A stretch of 64,000 bases of DNA from Elsinoe ampelina (lineage: Eukaryota), in the NCBI GenBank assembly GCA_010093995.1, contig ML992504.1, positions 1,492,360 to 1,556,359 of the forward strand, given 5' to 3'. A program made the translations under genes and the position numbers. The notes beneath the pieces were generated by a model. That model saw only the letters and a program-made list of their open reading frames with translations. It was not told where the DNA came from and searched no databases. This document shows, in pieces, positions 30,329 to 41,609 of this stretch (the first letter of the stretch is position 1; each line of letters begins with the position of its first letter).

Positions 30329-32560
30329 TCAAGTAGATGTGCTCAGTGTCCAAGACACACAATTACTCTGCGTCGCGGGCGAAGCGTAGAGCACACCGGG
30401 TGTGTCGCTGACTCCGGAGCAGGTCATCAAGCTCAATGCCGTGCCTGCGTCGTTGGTGCTAGTCAGTCTGCCGTTCGCGTTGGCGAAGTTTGGCGTCGAG
30501 TAGTACGACAGGTCCGAGGTGTAGAAGTACAGGATGGACTTGGGGTACGAAGTCGAGTAGGGGATTGTCAGGGCCAAGTTGTTGTTGTTGTCTCCCAGTA
30601 GTAAGTTGTTGTTGGTGTTGTCGATCTGGAACGTGCTGGCTGCTGCTTTGTTGGTGACTATGCTGAGGTAGTAGTAGGTGTAGCCACTGGAGGCGGCGAG
30701 AGTGCGAGAGAGGTAGGTGCCGTTGTAAGCGTTGCCAGAGACGCCAGTGAGTTGGACGTAGAAGGGAGAGGAAGTCGGTGCAGCGCTGGCAGTTGCTGCA
30801 GTTGTGGAAGAGGCGGTTCGTGAGGCAGTAGTGGTACTTGATGAGGAGGAAGCGGATCCGGGAGGAGTATAGGCGGATGGCAGCCAGGCGAGATCGACAT
30901 TGGCGTTCGAGTTTGGTGCAGTGGTGACACCTGTGAGGTTCTTGAAGTAGCAGACCTTGGCTGATGGAACGTAGGCGAAACCTTGGCAGCCTCGGATCAC
31001 ATCGCAGTTGGTGAAGCAATCCGAGTATGCGTTGACTGCCATGTTGGCAATATCGCCAACGTTGAGGAGGTCTGTCGCACAGCGGACATTATAGACTATG
31101 TTGTTCAGGTCCGTGTACTGCTGCCCGCCGAGCGATGTGCATGACTGGGACGACGGGGTGGCAGCCACGGGTGATCTGGTGGTGGTGGAAGCGGTAGTGG
31201 TCAAGGAAGCGGCGGTCGCGCTTGTCGACGCTCTTGAGATCGAGACAGACGAGGTAGAGGCAGCAGCAGAAGAGGCAGATGAACTACCAGAGCCACTGCT
31301 GGTGCCAATAATTCCACTGTCCACAGTATTCAATGCGTACCCGTAGGAGTACGAGATGTCATAGTTGACACCGTTGTACCTCGAGGTATAGAGAGTGGCG
31401 TACGAAGCAACATCGGCAGTAGTGTACAGGGCACAGTAAGTACCTTGAGCTACACCGCTGACAGACAGAATGGCAGAGTTGACATAGTTGCAGGCGGCGT
31501 ATGTAGTGTTGCCAGCAGCCTGAGCAGCGAGCTTGTTAGCGCTGGTAAGACTGGCGCAGAGAGTCGAACACTGGCTCGGATCGTAAGCGCCAGGGTAGTA
31601 TCCGGTGCCAGCGACGACGTTCTTGCCATTCAGTGTGTTGACATTAACAAGACCAGCAAGGGCATTGGGGCCAGTATACCCGGAGATGGCAGCTGGCGGA
31701 GTGTTCTTCCAGTAGCCATTCGACCCAGAGATGACGACCATGAAGTCAGTGCGCCACTCGCCAATATTCCTAGCTTGGCTGACGGTGATCTGAGAACCCC
31801 AAAGGGCGCAACGGACGGAGACCGCAGCTGTTGGGTTGGGACACTGAACAGGTGCTGGGTTGAGAATAGGATCACGCTCAAAGTACAGGTTGAAGCTCCT
31901 GCATGCCGAGACGCTATCACAGATGGCTGCGCATGCAGATGGGGTGTAGCTGGAGAGCTGGTAGTACCCAAGATAATTGCTTGAGAACATAGAGCCAAGC
32001 TGTCCAGTGAAGTTTGTGGTATAGCCTGCTGGTGCGAGTGCGCTCGTGGCCTGGTTGGCCACAGTAGTGTCTACCAGAAACCCATTGGGCGTGTTTGGAG
32101 TGGGAGTGTAGTTGTAGAGGACCTGTTGTGTTGCGCACGCAGGGCCAGCCGTGCTCGTGCCGGAAGCGACTGCTTGACGTCTTTGATTCTTGGGCTTGCC
32201 AGTAGCCTTGGGCTTGTTAACCTTCCTCGTCTTCTTGCCCTTCTTCGTGGTAGTCTTGGGCTTGTTCTTCTTTGTGGTCTTCTTGGTCGATCCAGCTGTG
32301 GGCTTGACAGATGTCTCCATGGTAGTGGTTGCGAGGACGGAGGTCTGTAGTGATGAGGCACCAGACACGCTGGGTTTCTTCGATTCCATTTCTTTGATGA
32401 CAGAAGATGCCGACGCCTGGCGATCCACCTCGGAAGTGGTCGTTGGCTGAGCATTCTTCAAGGCCGGTTGAGCTTCGAAGATGGCAGGAAAGTCAAGGCC
32501 TTGTGCAGCGACTGCAGCCACACCCGCGAGGATGGGCAAGGTGATGCTTGTAACACGCAT
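30329..32560 (-). CDS. Secreted Cys-patterned, Ser/Thr-rich protein with PAN/Apple-like carbohydrate-binding modules
   Basis: Signal peptide MRVTSITLPILAGVAAVAA; CAAICDSVSACRSFNLYFERDP; DCFTNCDVIRGCQGFAYVPSAKVCYFK (PAN/Apple-like); Ser/Thr linkers; 743-aa intronless ORF. Confidence 0.8.
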   Translation of the reverse strand: MRVTSITLPILAGVAAVAAQGLDFPAIFEAQPALKNAQPTTTSEVDRQASASSVIKEMESKKPSVSGASSLQTSVLATTTMETSVKPTAGSTKKTTKKNKPKTTTKKGKKTRKVNKPKATGKPKNQRRQAVASGTSTAGPACATQQVLYNYTPTPNTPNGFLVDTTVANQATSALAPAGYTTNFTGQLGSMFSSNYLGYYQLSSYTPSACAAICDSVSACRSFNLYFERDPILNPAPVQCPNPTAAVSVRCALWGSQITVSQARNIGEWRTDFMVVISGSNGYWKNTPPAAISGYTGPNALAGLVNVNTLNGKNVVAGTGYYPGAYDPSQCSTLCASLTSANKLAAQAAGNTTYAACNYVNSAILSVSGVAQGTYCALYTTADVASYATLYTSRYNGVNYDISYSYGYALNTVDSGIIGTSSGSGSSSASSAAASTSSVSISRASTSATAASLTTTASTTTRSPVAATPSSQSCTSLGGQQYTDLNNIVYNVRCATDLLNVGDIANMAVNAYSDCFTNCDVIRGCQGFAYVPSAKVCYFKNLTGVTTAPNSNANVDLAWLPSAYTPPGSASSSSSTTTASRTASSTTAATASAAPTSSPFYVQLTGVSGNAYNGTYLSRTLAASSGYTYYYLSIVTNKAAASTFQIDNTNNNLLLGDNNNNLALTIPYSTSYPKSILYFYTSDLSYYSTPNFANANGRLTSTNDAGTALSLMTCSGVSDTPGVLYASPATQSNCVSWTLSTST

Positions 32561-35129
32561 TTTGGCTGATGTCCAGGTGTTTCTTTTGAGACGGAGGTGC
32601 TGATAGGGAAAGCAGGTAATAGAGAGAACACTCCAGTCTCTTATATCATAAGAGATCTGCAGAAGCTATAGAGATAACCTCACAACGTATAGTCTTATTT
32701 CAGCCATTCATGTTCACGGCTTGGTGTCGTTGCGATCGCCGAGCAACGGTAGAGGTGACCAGACCGTAGGGCTGCTCGATTCTATCGTGAGATTTCAATA
32801 CAACATATGGATGGTGTTCGAAATTGGCAAGAAGACGGTTGCTGAACGGCCGTTGACCTGGTTGTCCCCTCCCAGCGGCCAGCGGTATGCGGAGAAGACC
32901 AGCAATCTAGACGCTACCGACATATCGAATTCGTCGAGCATCTCTCGCCGGTTGGTGTCCAGACCCATTGAGGTACAAGGCCAAGTAAGACCCAGCGTAG
33001 GTTACACAGCACTGCCCGTCCTGTACGAGCTCGAACTGCTCGCATCATCTTCGGTGCCCCACCACAGATCCTGCCAATAGCTATGATGACAGACAGATGC
33101 CAACGTCACTTTGTACCAGACCAGTGTATCTGGTAGTTGCCACCATCCTCACAGAGAATGGGGACCGTGCCTATGGTCCAGCAGATCAGTGCCGCTGATC
33201 ATCGCATGAAGCAGGTGGTGTTCAAAGATACGCCAGCGTGTCTCGTTGCTTGAGGGGCACCGTCTTCGGAGAGAAGCAGTGCGGCTCGGCTGGACCGTTT
33301 GCCGTAGCCTTTGTAATTATCTGTTGCTCAGTAATTTTGCGAAGCGTTCACCGTTGAAGACGCCAAATCACAAATTGAGTGGCGGTTATTGGAGTGTGCC
33401 ATGCTCAAGAGAACAGTGATCTTCCAACTGCTCTGCATACAGATCTCTGCGTAGTGGGTTCGCAGCCTGGAACGCAATACATGCGGTTGGATGTGATCGC
33501 AGCCATTCTGATAGGATTGGAGTGACCTAACCTCGAATTCCTCATCTTTGGTTCACCCCAACAACGTTTGGGCAAAAGTCCGATTAAGTCGTGCTCCCAC
33601 CTGTGGTTTAGTCTGAGACAGTCGATCGTCCACGGTGTGTCCAGCAGGTGCATACGAAGGGCTGGAAATGTCCACGACACTTTGACTGTCATCATGCGGT
33701 GCTCAGCACAGGACTTACTTTCCAGGTCCGTCCGGAATAGGAAGGACGTCCAGTATGCAAACTTTTCGAGCTGGTCGGATGGCAGCTATGTTGTGGTAGT
33801 TCGGCGAAGGATAGTAGGCAGCTGACAGGGTCAAGCGAGGGTTCTGAATCTATGCCCAACATGCCCCCACCCCGAGCGTCAGGTCACTTTGCATTATTCG
33901 ATCGTGAGGGCACAGTCAAGGGACTGATGCGCGGTGTCCGGCCGTGGTTTTCGCCATGAAGATGGAGAGGAGCGCGATAGGGCCTCGGATGTGAGAATGC
34001 TGACTCAGCTGGTTTGTTTTGAGTCCAACCTCAAGACCCGCGCACTTTTTACTACCTCACTACCACTGCGACACCGTCCGGCAATGTTCACGCGCATCGC
34101 AATCCGCATGATTGATATGGATCTCCGCAGACTATGAAGAATGCTCAACGAGACTCAGCTCCTGCTGGGTGTTGATGGCCATCTCCCGATCATCCGCCGC
34201 TCAGCATGAGCAAACACAAGCAATTTGCTTCATTTCAACCTCTCACAAGTTCCGACTGATGTAGGAAGGTGTTACATCTTACGTACTAGATCTCCTCTAC
34301 GGACAATTGGCATGGGGGTCGTTGCACCTAGCGACGCTGGACGTTGGAACGTGGAGGGAATGCCGCTTGCCGACTACCTGATCTGTCTGATCTCGTGCTT
34401 TGCACATGGGCGACGAGGTTTGTACCATACGATCGTGCCTCTCTACATTGGTTCCGAAACTGTAATGTTGCCAACGACCGGCATCTTTCTGTGTGAAAGT
34501 CCACTAGGCGATGCTACCAGGGTAGTGAGCATGTATTAGCCTAAGCTCTCTGAACGGTTCATTTTTTAAAGGAATCCAGATCCACGATCAACCACCTCTG
34601 GACAAGTGAGAGGGATGGAACATGCCGAGAACCAACCAAAGCACTGACAATCAGGATCCCCCATATCTACTACCAGACCGTCGGGACAACCAGCACCAGG
34701 ACCACTGACTCAGAAATGGCATTGCAAACCGAACAGGTTGTCAGCCACCTGGGATTCCTCCAGACCGCTGCATTCCGCTCAATACAGTCGATTATAGATA
34801 CGCCAAACCGAAGCTTCAGAACCAATGAGATCGAAATTGGTGCGAACGATGCGTCTCGACACTCTTAGTCTAACGTTCAATACCGTTCTCGCGACGTCAG
34901 CTAAGTACACTGAACCGTTTCTTCGTAAGGATGGTAGAGGCTTCGGTTAATGTCTAAGTCCCCCTTGTGCCGAGTACCTGAATTGCCCGTCAAAACCTTT
35001 GCTGAACCTCGCCAACTCTGATTCGGATTCCTCACCGGAGGTGGATGTAGTGATACGCAAGTAGAGTGAGCGAATCGTCATCATAATTGGCGGTAGTTGA
35101 AAGGGACAACCACTGTCGACGAATTCAAG

Positions 35130-36186
35130 ATGGGCATAGAGTTCGCCAACTATGACGTGGAGGTCATGTTTATCGTGGCAGTAGTCTTCCTGGCTCTGCC
35201 ATGGATAGCACTCCTTTTACGCCTCTACGTCCGGACCTTTATGATCAAAAGCTTTGGCTGGGACGACGGCCTCATGGTAGCATCAATGGTAAGCCAGTCC
35301 CTCATATTTGCCACGTTCCAACCACTTATTCTACCAGCTCACCTTCACCGTGGATTGCGCCCTCGTCATGGTCATCGGCCTCCAACCCAAATCTCTCGCC
35401 TTCACCGAACTCGACCGCATGACCATCCAAATCCTCATATCCTGCAACTTCTACCTCGCGACATCCATCCTCTTCAAAATCTCCCTCGCCGTCTTCTTCC
35501 TCCGCTTCCTGCAAGAACGCTGGCAACGCCTCACCATCATCATCAGCACAACCCTCTACTCCGTCCTCGGCCTCGGCTTCATCATCCTCCTCAACCGCCA
35601 ATGCGGCGACCCCTCGAGCATGTTCTCCTCGCAAATCTCCAACCACTGCGGTCCCTGGCGCATCCTCCGGCCCCTCAACTACACCTACGCCACCCTCAAC
35701 GCCGTCACGGACTGGACCTTTGTGCTCATCCCCATCTTCACGATCCGCAACATGAACATGCCCCGCCGCGCCCGCATCTCCGCCAGCATCCTCCTCGCCC
35801 TGGGCGCGGTGAGCAGCATCGTCTCCCTCGTCCGCATGAAATACATCGAGGGTCTCAACGTGAACGTCTCCCTCTTCCCCTCGCCCGCCATCGCCGTGAC
35901 GTCCTGCATCGAGATGGGGCTGGGCATGACGGCGGCGAGTGCCGCGACGCTGCGCCCGCTGTTCAAGACGTGGATGGAGAGGGCGAAGAGTACGTTGCAG
36001 AGAGCGAATGGGACGCTGGGGGAGACGATGCGGAGTGCGGTGCCCGAGACGGAGAAGGAGACCAAGGTGTCGCAGGGGACGTTTGCTAGTTATGGGGTTG
36101 GGAAGGGGATGTTGGAGAGTTTTGTGGAGGTGGAGGATAGGGATGGGGTGGTGGAGAGGAGGCAGGGGACAGGGGGACTTGTGTAG
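35130..36186 (+). CDS. Pth11-like (fungal rhodopsin-domain) integral membrane protein, join(35130..35288,35338..36186)
   Basis: LRLYVR..IKSFGWDDGLM, KISLAVFFLR, N.VTDW...LIP, IEMGLGMTAASAATLRPLF; about seven hydrophobic segments; one 49-nt intron; no CFEM domain seen. Confidence 0.85.
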
Positions 36187-36359
36187 GGCCCTGTCGGGAT
36201 GCAGTAGATCTTGGTGAGGAGGGGCATTTGTATGGCGTTGGATGGATATACCCTGCTTGGTACTACCAGCCGCTGCTTTCGAATTGTAATCGTAGTCACA
36301 TCACGACAAGCATTTGTTGTTCTTGTTCATGACTGGCGCTTCTCTTGCGAACAGAGAAG

Positions 36360-36551
36360 CTGGTAGTATGTTGGGACTCTTGTAGTACACTGTGACTCTG
36401 GTAGTATACTGTGATACTTGTAGTACATTGGAACGGTAGTACACTGTAACACTGGTAGGATGTAGTGACACTGTCAAGACTTCTTCTCAGATTGGCCATC
36501 TACATCAACTACTGTCATGACTTCTTCTCAGGTTCGCCATCTACATCAACT
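36360..36551. repeat. Degenerate ~19-bp GTAGTACACTG minisatellite followed by a 41-bp tandem duplication
   Basis: About six GTAGTA(C/T)-type units at 36360-36475; 36470..36510 and 36511..36551 are 41-bp copies with 3 mismatches. Confidence 0.8.
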
Positions 36552-36584
36552 AATCCTAGCTCGTCTCCTTCATACCCTCACTGC

Positions 36585-38338
36585 TTACAGCTCACTTCTC
36601 CTTAAGATCGGGGTAGTCCCAGTGAAGTTGCCAGTCTGGGTCGTGAAAGGACCGGTATCAGACAAAGACTTGATCCGGCCAAGAAGTAACTCGACTGTCC
36701 TATAGGCTGCACCAGGTGCATACCCAGGCAGTTCATGACCAGCGAGCTGTACTCTGTAGAAGGTCAAGCCACGCTCGACACCGTAGCTGCCGAGGTATCC
36801 TGAGCCCGCCAAAGCACCATCGTTGTACTCGGGGTGGTCAGGGGTGTAGAAGGGAATGCCAGGATACTCCTGTAGACCCTGAAGGCCGTTCCATGTCACA
36901 TTCTGGAGGGCGAGGAGAGTACCATTGGTGGGAAGGAGCATGTCGAGGTCACCGGAGCCAATGATCGTGTTGTTGGTGTATTCGATCACGTTCTGCAGGA
37001 CGCCGTTCAGGGCCGGTCCTACGCTCCTATCGCTCAAAGAACGATTGTTTGTGCCCAAACCGAACACGTTCTTGCGCGTACAATGCTGCCAATTGGTTCC
37101 TACTACCGCGTGGAGTGCTTCTTGCACATCTGAGCGATTGAAGTAAACAACCGTATGGGGCGCGACATAATCGCCTGTATTTACGGCTCCTAGGACGGCC
37201 GAGGGAAACGGACACGCGTCTGAGATATGGTATATGTTGAAGCAGGGATTCACTTTTCTATTTCAGTTGGATGTTACGGACCAAAGAGGGTAGACTTACC
37301 TGTCAGGATGGCTGAATAAGCGTCGTCGAAGACGTCACATGAATAGTTGTCACTATTATACGGATCCGGCAACAGCGGCAACGGACCAGGTGGAGGGAAG
37401 GTAAAGTACTTCTCCATGTAGTCGATGTAGCCACATTCTTTAGCCTTGGCTGTGAATGCTTGGATGAAGCTGTCGTTGAGGTACAACATGTTCTGCCAGT
37501 AAGCCGCATATTGAGGGATGACGGTCTGTTGCTGATTTGTCTCGTCACCAAAGATGGGATCGTTGATGGAAATACCCTTCAAGTTGTAGTAGTCCAGGTC
37601 GTTGGCCTTGATGAAAGCGTCGGCGATGTATGGTACGTAGTAGCCAGCGTAGGATTCGCCAGTCAGGTACACGTCCCAACCATGAGCGTCAAAAGTGTCC
37701 ACAAAAGACTTGTAGAAGCCAAGAAACTCTTGTGCGAGCTCAACTTCGTCCGTGATGTTCGGTACACCTTGTGAGTAGCCGACGCCGACAGGCTGCTCTA
37801 CCCACATCATGTTCGTGAGATTCGTCCACGAATACGGGTTCTGTGTGGGAGCGATGGTGCCGTCTTGCCACAGGAATGGCCCGTTCTCTGACAAGAAACC
37901 GCCCAGAGAAGAGCATCCTGGACCCCCGTTGAACCAGATCACAATCTCCTTGTCAGCAGCAGGGTTGGTCGAAGGGAAGTACCAGAAGAAGAGCTCGCGA
38001 GTCTCGTCCGGAGACGAAGAGATGGGCAGAAGCCCAGCATAAGATTCGCCAACGTCGAATGGAACATCAGGAATACCAGTCCCGTTGACGGCGAATTCTG
38101 CGACTGATCAGTTTCTGGTAGGAACGACTGATGACAACTATCAGTACTTACTTGCAGTCTTGTCGGTCAGATACTGGTCGGCACGCTTTTGCAACTTTGG
38201 GTGTGTGAAACCACCTGACGTCGCACGTTCGACTATAGCTTTCTTCGGTCGTTCGGCTTTGCGGAACACCTCTGCTGCATCATATGCGACTGTGACGCCA
38301 AGCAGTGATGAAACTGCTAGGACTTTCGAAAACAACAT
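36585..38338 (-). CDS. Secreted serine carboxypeptidase (peptidase S10), approx. complement(join(36585..37252,37300..38097,38152..38338))
   Basis: Signal peptide; ESYAGLL; IWFNGGPGCSS; EQPVGVGYS; TGESYAG (catalytic Ser); GDLD; AGHELP (His); two GTAAGT introns. Confidence 0.92.
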
Positions 38339-39144
38339 GTTGAAGAATAAGGAGTCGTGCGTACTTCTCTGGGCTCAGGACGTGGGATGGTCAGGCTTTA
38401 AATATTGTCCACTGATCGCCATCAAGGGTAAGATTTTCACACGCGAGCATGGTTGCTCACACTCGACGACCTTTCCTTATCAAGAAAGAAAAAACGATAT
38501 CGTCGACCAACCTGTGCCCTGCCGTCATTCCAATGTGCACGGCCGCAAAGACGTCAGGGTTCACGCTTTCCAGGCCAATGAGATCCGATGGCGTGCAGCT
38601 TCTGGAAGGCGTTGTGGGTACGTCAGAGGGCAAGGAACGGACACAAGTTGAAGAAAATGCTTCATCTGGGCATCTGATGTCGAATGCACTGACGTCCGGG
38701 ATAAGTATACTGAAGATCACTTGCCTGAAGTGGGACCCACCGGAGGTCGTTCTGCGGGGTACTGGTAGGATCTTTTGCTGTCATCATATTCCCTGTCAAA
38801 CGGCCGTGGCACTTCATCGCAGTGCCAATTGTTGTAGGTCTTCGAGCCTCTATCCACAATGCTCGTGACACCAACAAGGCAGATTGCATGGACTGGTGAG
38901 GCTCAGGGCAAGGCGAAGCAATGCCAAAAAGCTTGACAGCGAGCTTGTTGACCTTGACCGACCTTCCCATCTTGGCGTAGGGGTCCGTCTTTTTTTATCG
39001 ACCTGTGATATTGCGATGAGATTAGGGTCGGTATCATCTACTACGCTATGCTTTATCTAGCAGGCCGATCTGGCGAGAGAAAAAAGACGCAATGTTTCTC
39101 AACCAGAAGTCGCTGGCTGAAATGTGGGTCTTGCAGCTATATTA

Positions 39145-39613
39145 ACGTCCGCCATGGGGATCTGACCATCACCTAGAACTGACTATCTACACAAGGGAAG
39201 CCGAGGTTAGGGTATAACCCGGTTGATTTACGAATCATCTTGATAGAGACTGCCAAGCTAGTCACTTCTAGGTGATGGTCAGATCCCTGTGTGGCGGACG
39301 TTACGCTAGATGACGACGACAGAACTCGCCTATACACGGCTATAGGACTCCTCACGCAAGTGATTCGGAGTTCGACTAGGGATCATCAAGTCTGTGTGCC
39401 GGTCAGCCCTAAGTGTCTAGCTATAACTCCGAGGCTATTTGTTGATCGAGATCCTGGTAGCGAGATCCTAGTAATAATAACATCCGCTACGGGGATCTGA
39501 CCATCACCCAGAAGTGACCAGCTTGGCGGTCTCTACCGGGTTGTACCCTAACCTCGGCTTCCCTTGTGTAGGTAGTCAGTTCTAGGTGATGGTCAGATCC
39601 CCATGGCGGACGT
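39145..39613. mobile_element. Non-autonomous TIR element: two inverted MITE copies (39145..39301 and 39480..39613) around a spacer, pogo/Fot1-like ends
   Basis: TA|ACGTCCGCCATGGGGATCTGACCATCACCTAGAA ... TTCTAGGTGATGGTCAGATCCCCATGGCGGACGT|TA. The arms are near reverse complements, each is itself bounded by TIRs and TA, and the substitutions between them are mostly transitions. Confidence 0.88.
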
Positions 39614-41609
39614 TAACAGCTCCAAGCTCATCACTTGGGCTTTCCGACTGCGGAGAACACATTAGGCATGTCTTTGACCTTGGCTGCCGGGCTCTCTATA
39701 ATCGTCGGCTCTAATGCAGGCAGTGTGAATGTCCATAATTGTCTTGGAGTTACTGTGGTCCTTCCACGATATTTTCAGACCTTTGCGGCGCTGCTTCCTT
39801 CGACCATGAACATCCTCCGTGTCGGTCATTCAATCCGTGACACTGGCAACCGGTTTGTAAACGGTGCATTGAGATTCTGTCATGTCAAAGACACCACCTG
39901 AGCGCACAGTGGCAATTGCTCTGATTTGAGCGATGGTGCCCTGGGAATCGCCATCTCACGAAGAGATGGTCTGTAGGTACACACTCACGTGAGACGTCGA
40001 TCTATGACTCAGCTACGAGCACTGTGACAAGCTATGCCAGAGTAGCGGATGCGAGATCGCTGCTGGAAGGGTAATGGATCTGGTAGTAGATGTTGCTATC
40101 CTCTGTGCAAGACCTGCCCGGCAACATGGGTCGGATGGACGTCCTGGAGTTGGTACAGTGTATAGACACGATGCCAGCCAGAATCTCCTTGGGTCCCCAT
40201 CTCATGGGAGGCCGTGGAGATCAGGACACATTGCAATGGGTGGCAACGCCACGAGTGCAGATGACTGCAAGGCAAGGCACTCCCCGGTCTACGTAGATCT
40301 TTCATCGTCTCTATGCTGGGTGGCGAAGTGCTCAAATGGCCCATGTGACTGACAAGCCTAACAGGGTGCGTTGTGCTGAGTCACCAGTGGCTGCTCTTCT
40401 AGTGCCAGTAGTATCACTACCAATATTCGGAAGTCGGGCTTCGCAGACCATTGTGGTCGAGGCTCGCAGCAGATCATCCGTATCGATTGCTAGCTGCACA
40501 GATGTGGCCCGAATCCAAATTGCTAGAGGATGGAACAAGCAGACCAGAAAGATTCCACCTGTAGACTAGACTTTCGAACGCGCAGCCAGCGAAGTAGAGC
40601 CGGGATGCCATGCTATTTCCGCCTAGAATATCAAACGATATCCTACCAGATGGCGCAGACTCAGAATGAACATCGAGGGACTTTGATCGGTGGTGTAGCG
40701 TCTCTGGTGGGAATGAGCAGGCACACCTCAGACTCTACCAGGCCGAGCGTAGCAGTCCCACATATGCCTTCTTCACTGCTGTAGACATGTATGAGGATTG
40801 TCCTCGGTTTGGTGTCCTCGATCGGGGTCGCGCGAGACTTGGACGTATCGACTTCTGGTGAGGCTGAACTTGGCCTGCGTGCCATGGTAGTGATACTAAG
40901 CTTATGATCACCACACAGCGTCTCCAGGTCGAGCTAGCTGTCGATCGTGCTTATCATGATCGCTCTGATCTTTAGCCTGTTGTGGCATTTGTCCGCCCCT
41001 GCTGAGGCCATCCATCACCATTTCTGATACTCCAAATGTCTGCACGAACAATGTATGAAGGTTTCGATATACCAACAAAAGACAAAACCACAAGCGAGAA
41101 GTGGCAGTTCCTCAGGTTGCGCGTCACGGACGGCCTGACCTTGGCAAATTGAAGTGAAGAGTGGAAAATGTCACCCACAGAGTTTTGACGGCTTCTGTCT
41201 AGCTCTGGCCAGTTTTTTAACCAAAAACTGGTCCGTGGCCCCGTCCGTGTTCCCAGTGGGCTGAATTGACAAAATGCAGGGTTCTGGTTCATGCGATTGC
41301 AGGCCTTGCATGATTTTGCCGAGTTTCGTCCTCGACGCCAAACCTCTCTCCTCTCAGTGTACACGCGAATCACACGCCATTTCATCTATTTTCCCGAAAA
41401 GGTGGCTGGCCGGACCAGACACCACCACATCGCAATTTGCCTCACACCAAAGGAGAACCGCTGTCCATTAGCTGTCTTGGGACCTGTCGAGACCCACCAT
41501 CGAGGTTCACTGGGCTGTTCTGGTCTTTTCCCTATCGTTCGTGACTCGTTGGTACACTACAGAGTAAGCGATCTGAGCAGAGCTCTTCGGTCCCTGCACC
41601 GTGCCGTAG

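Noticed and set aside
32600..35100. Short ORFs or RNA genes in the long intergenic stretch (also 13000-14800 and 39650-41500)
   Set aside because: No codon bias, protein motifs or tRNA/rRNA signatures visible by eye; a covariance-model scan would be needed to exclude ncRNAs.
35097..36089. 330-aa single-exon ORF for the Pth11-like gene
   Set aside because: Reads through the 49-nt intron into a His/Pro-rich wrong frame; the spliced model restores the transmembrane helices.
36360..36551. CRISPR-like reading of the short repeats
   Set aside because: Eukaryotic locus, degenerate adjacent repeats, no unique spacers and no cas genes.
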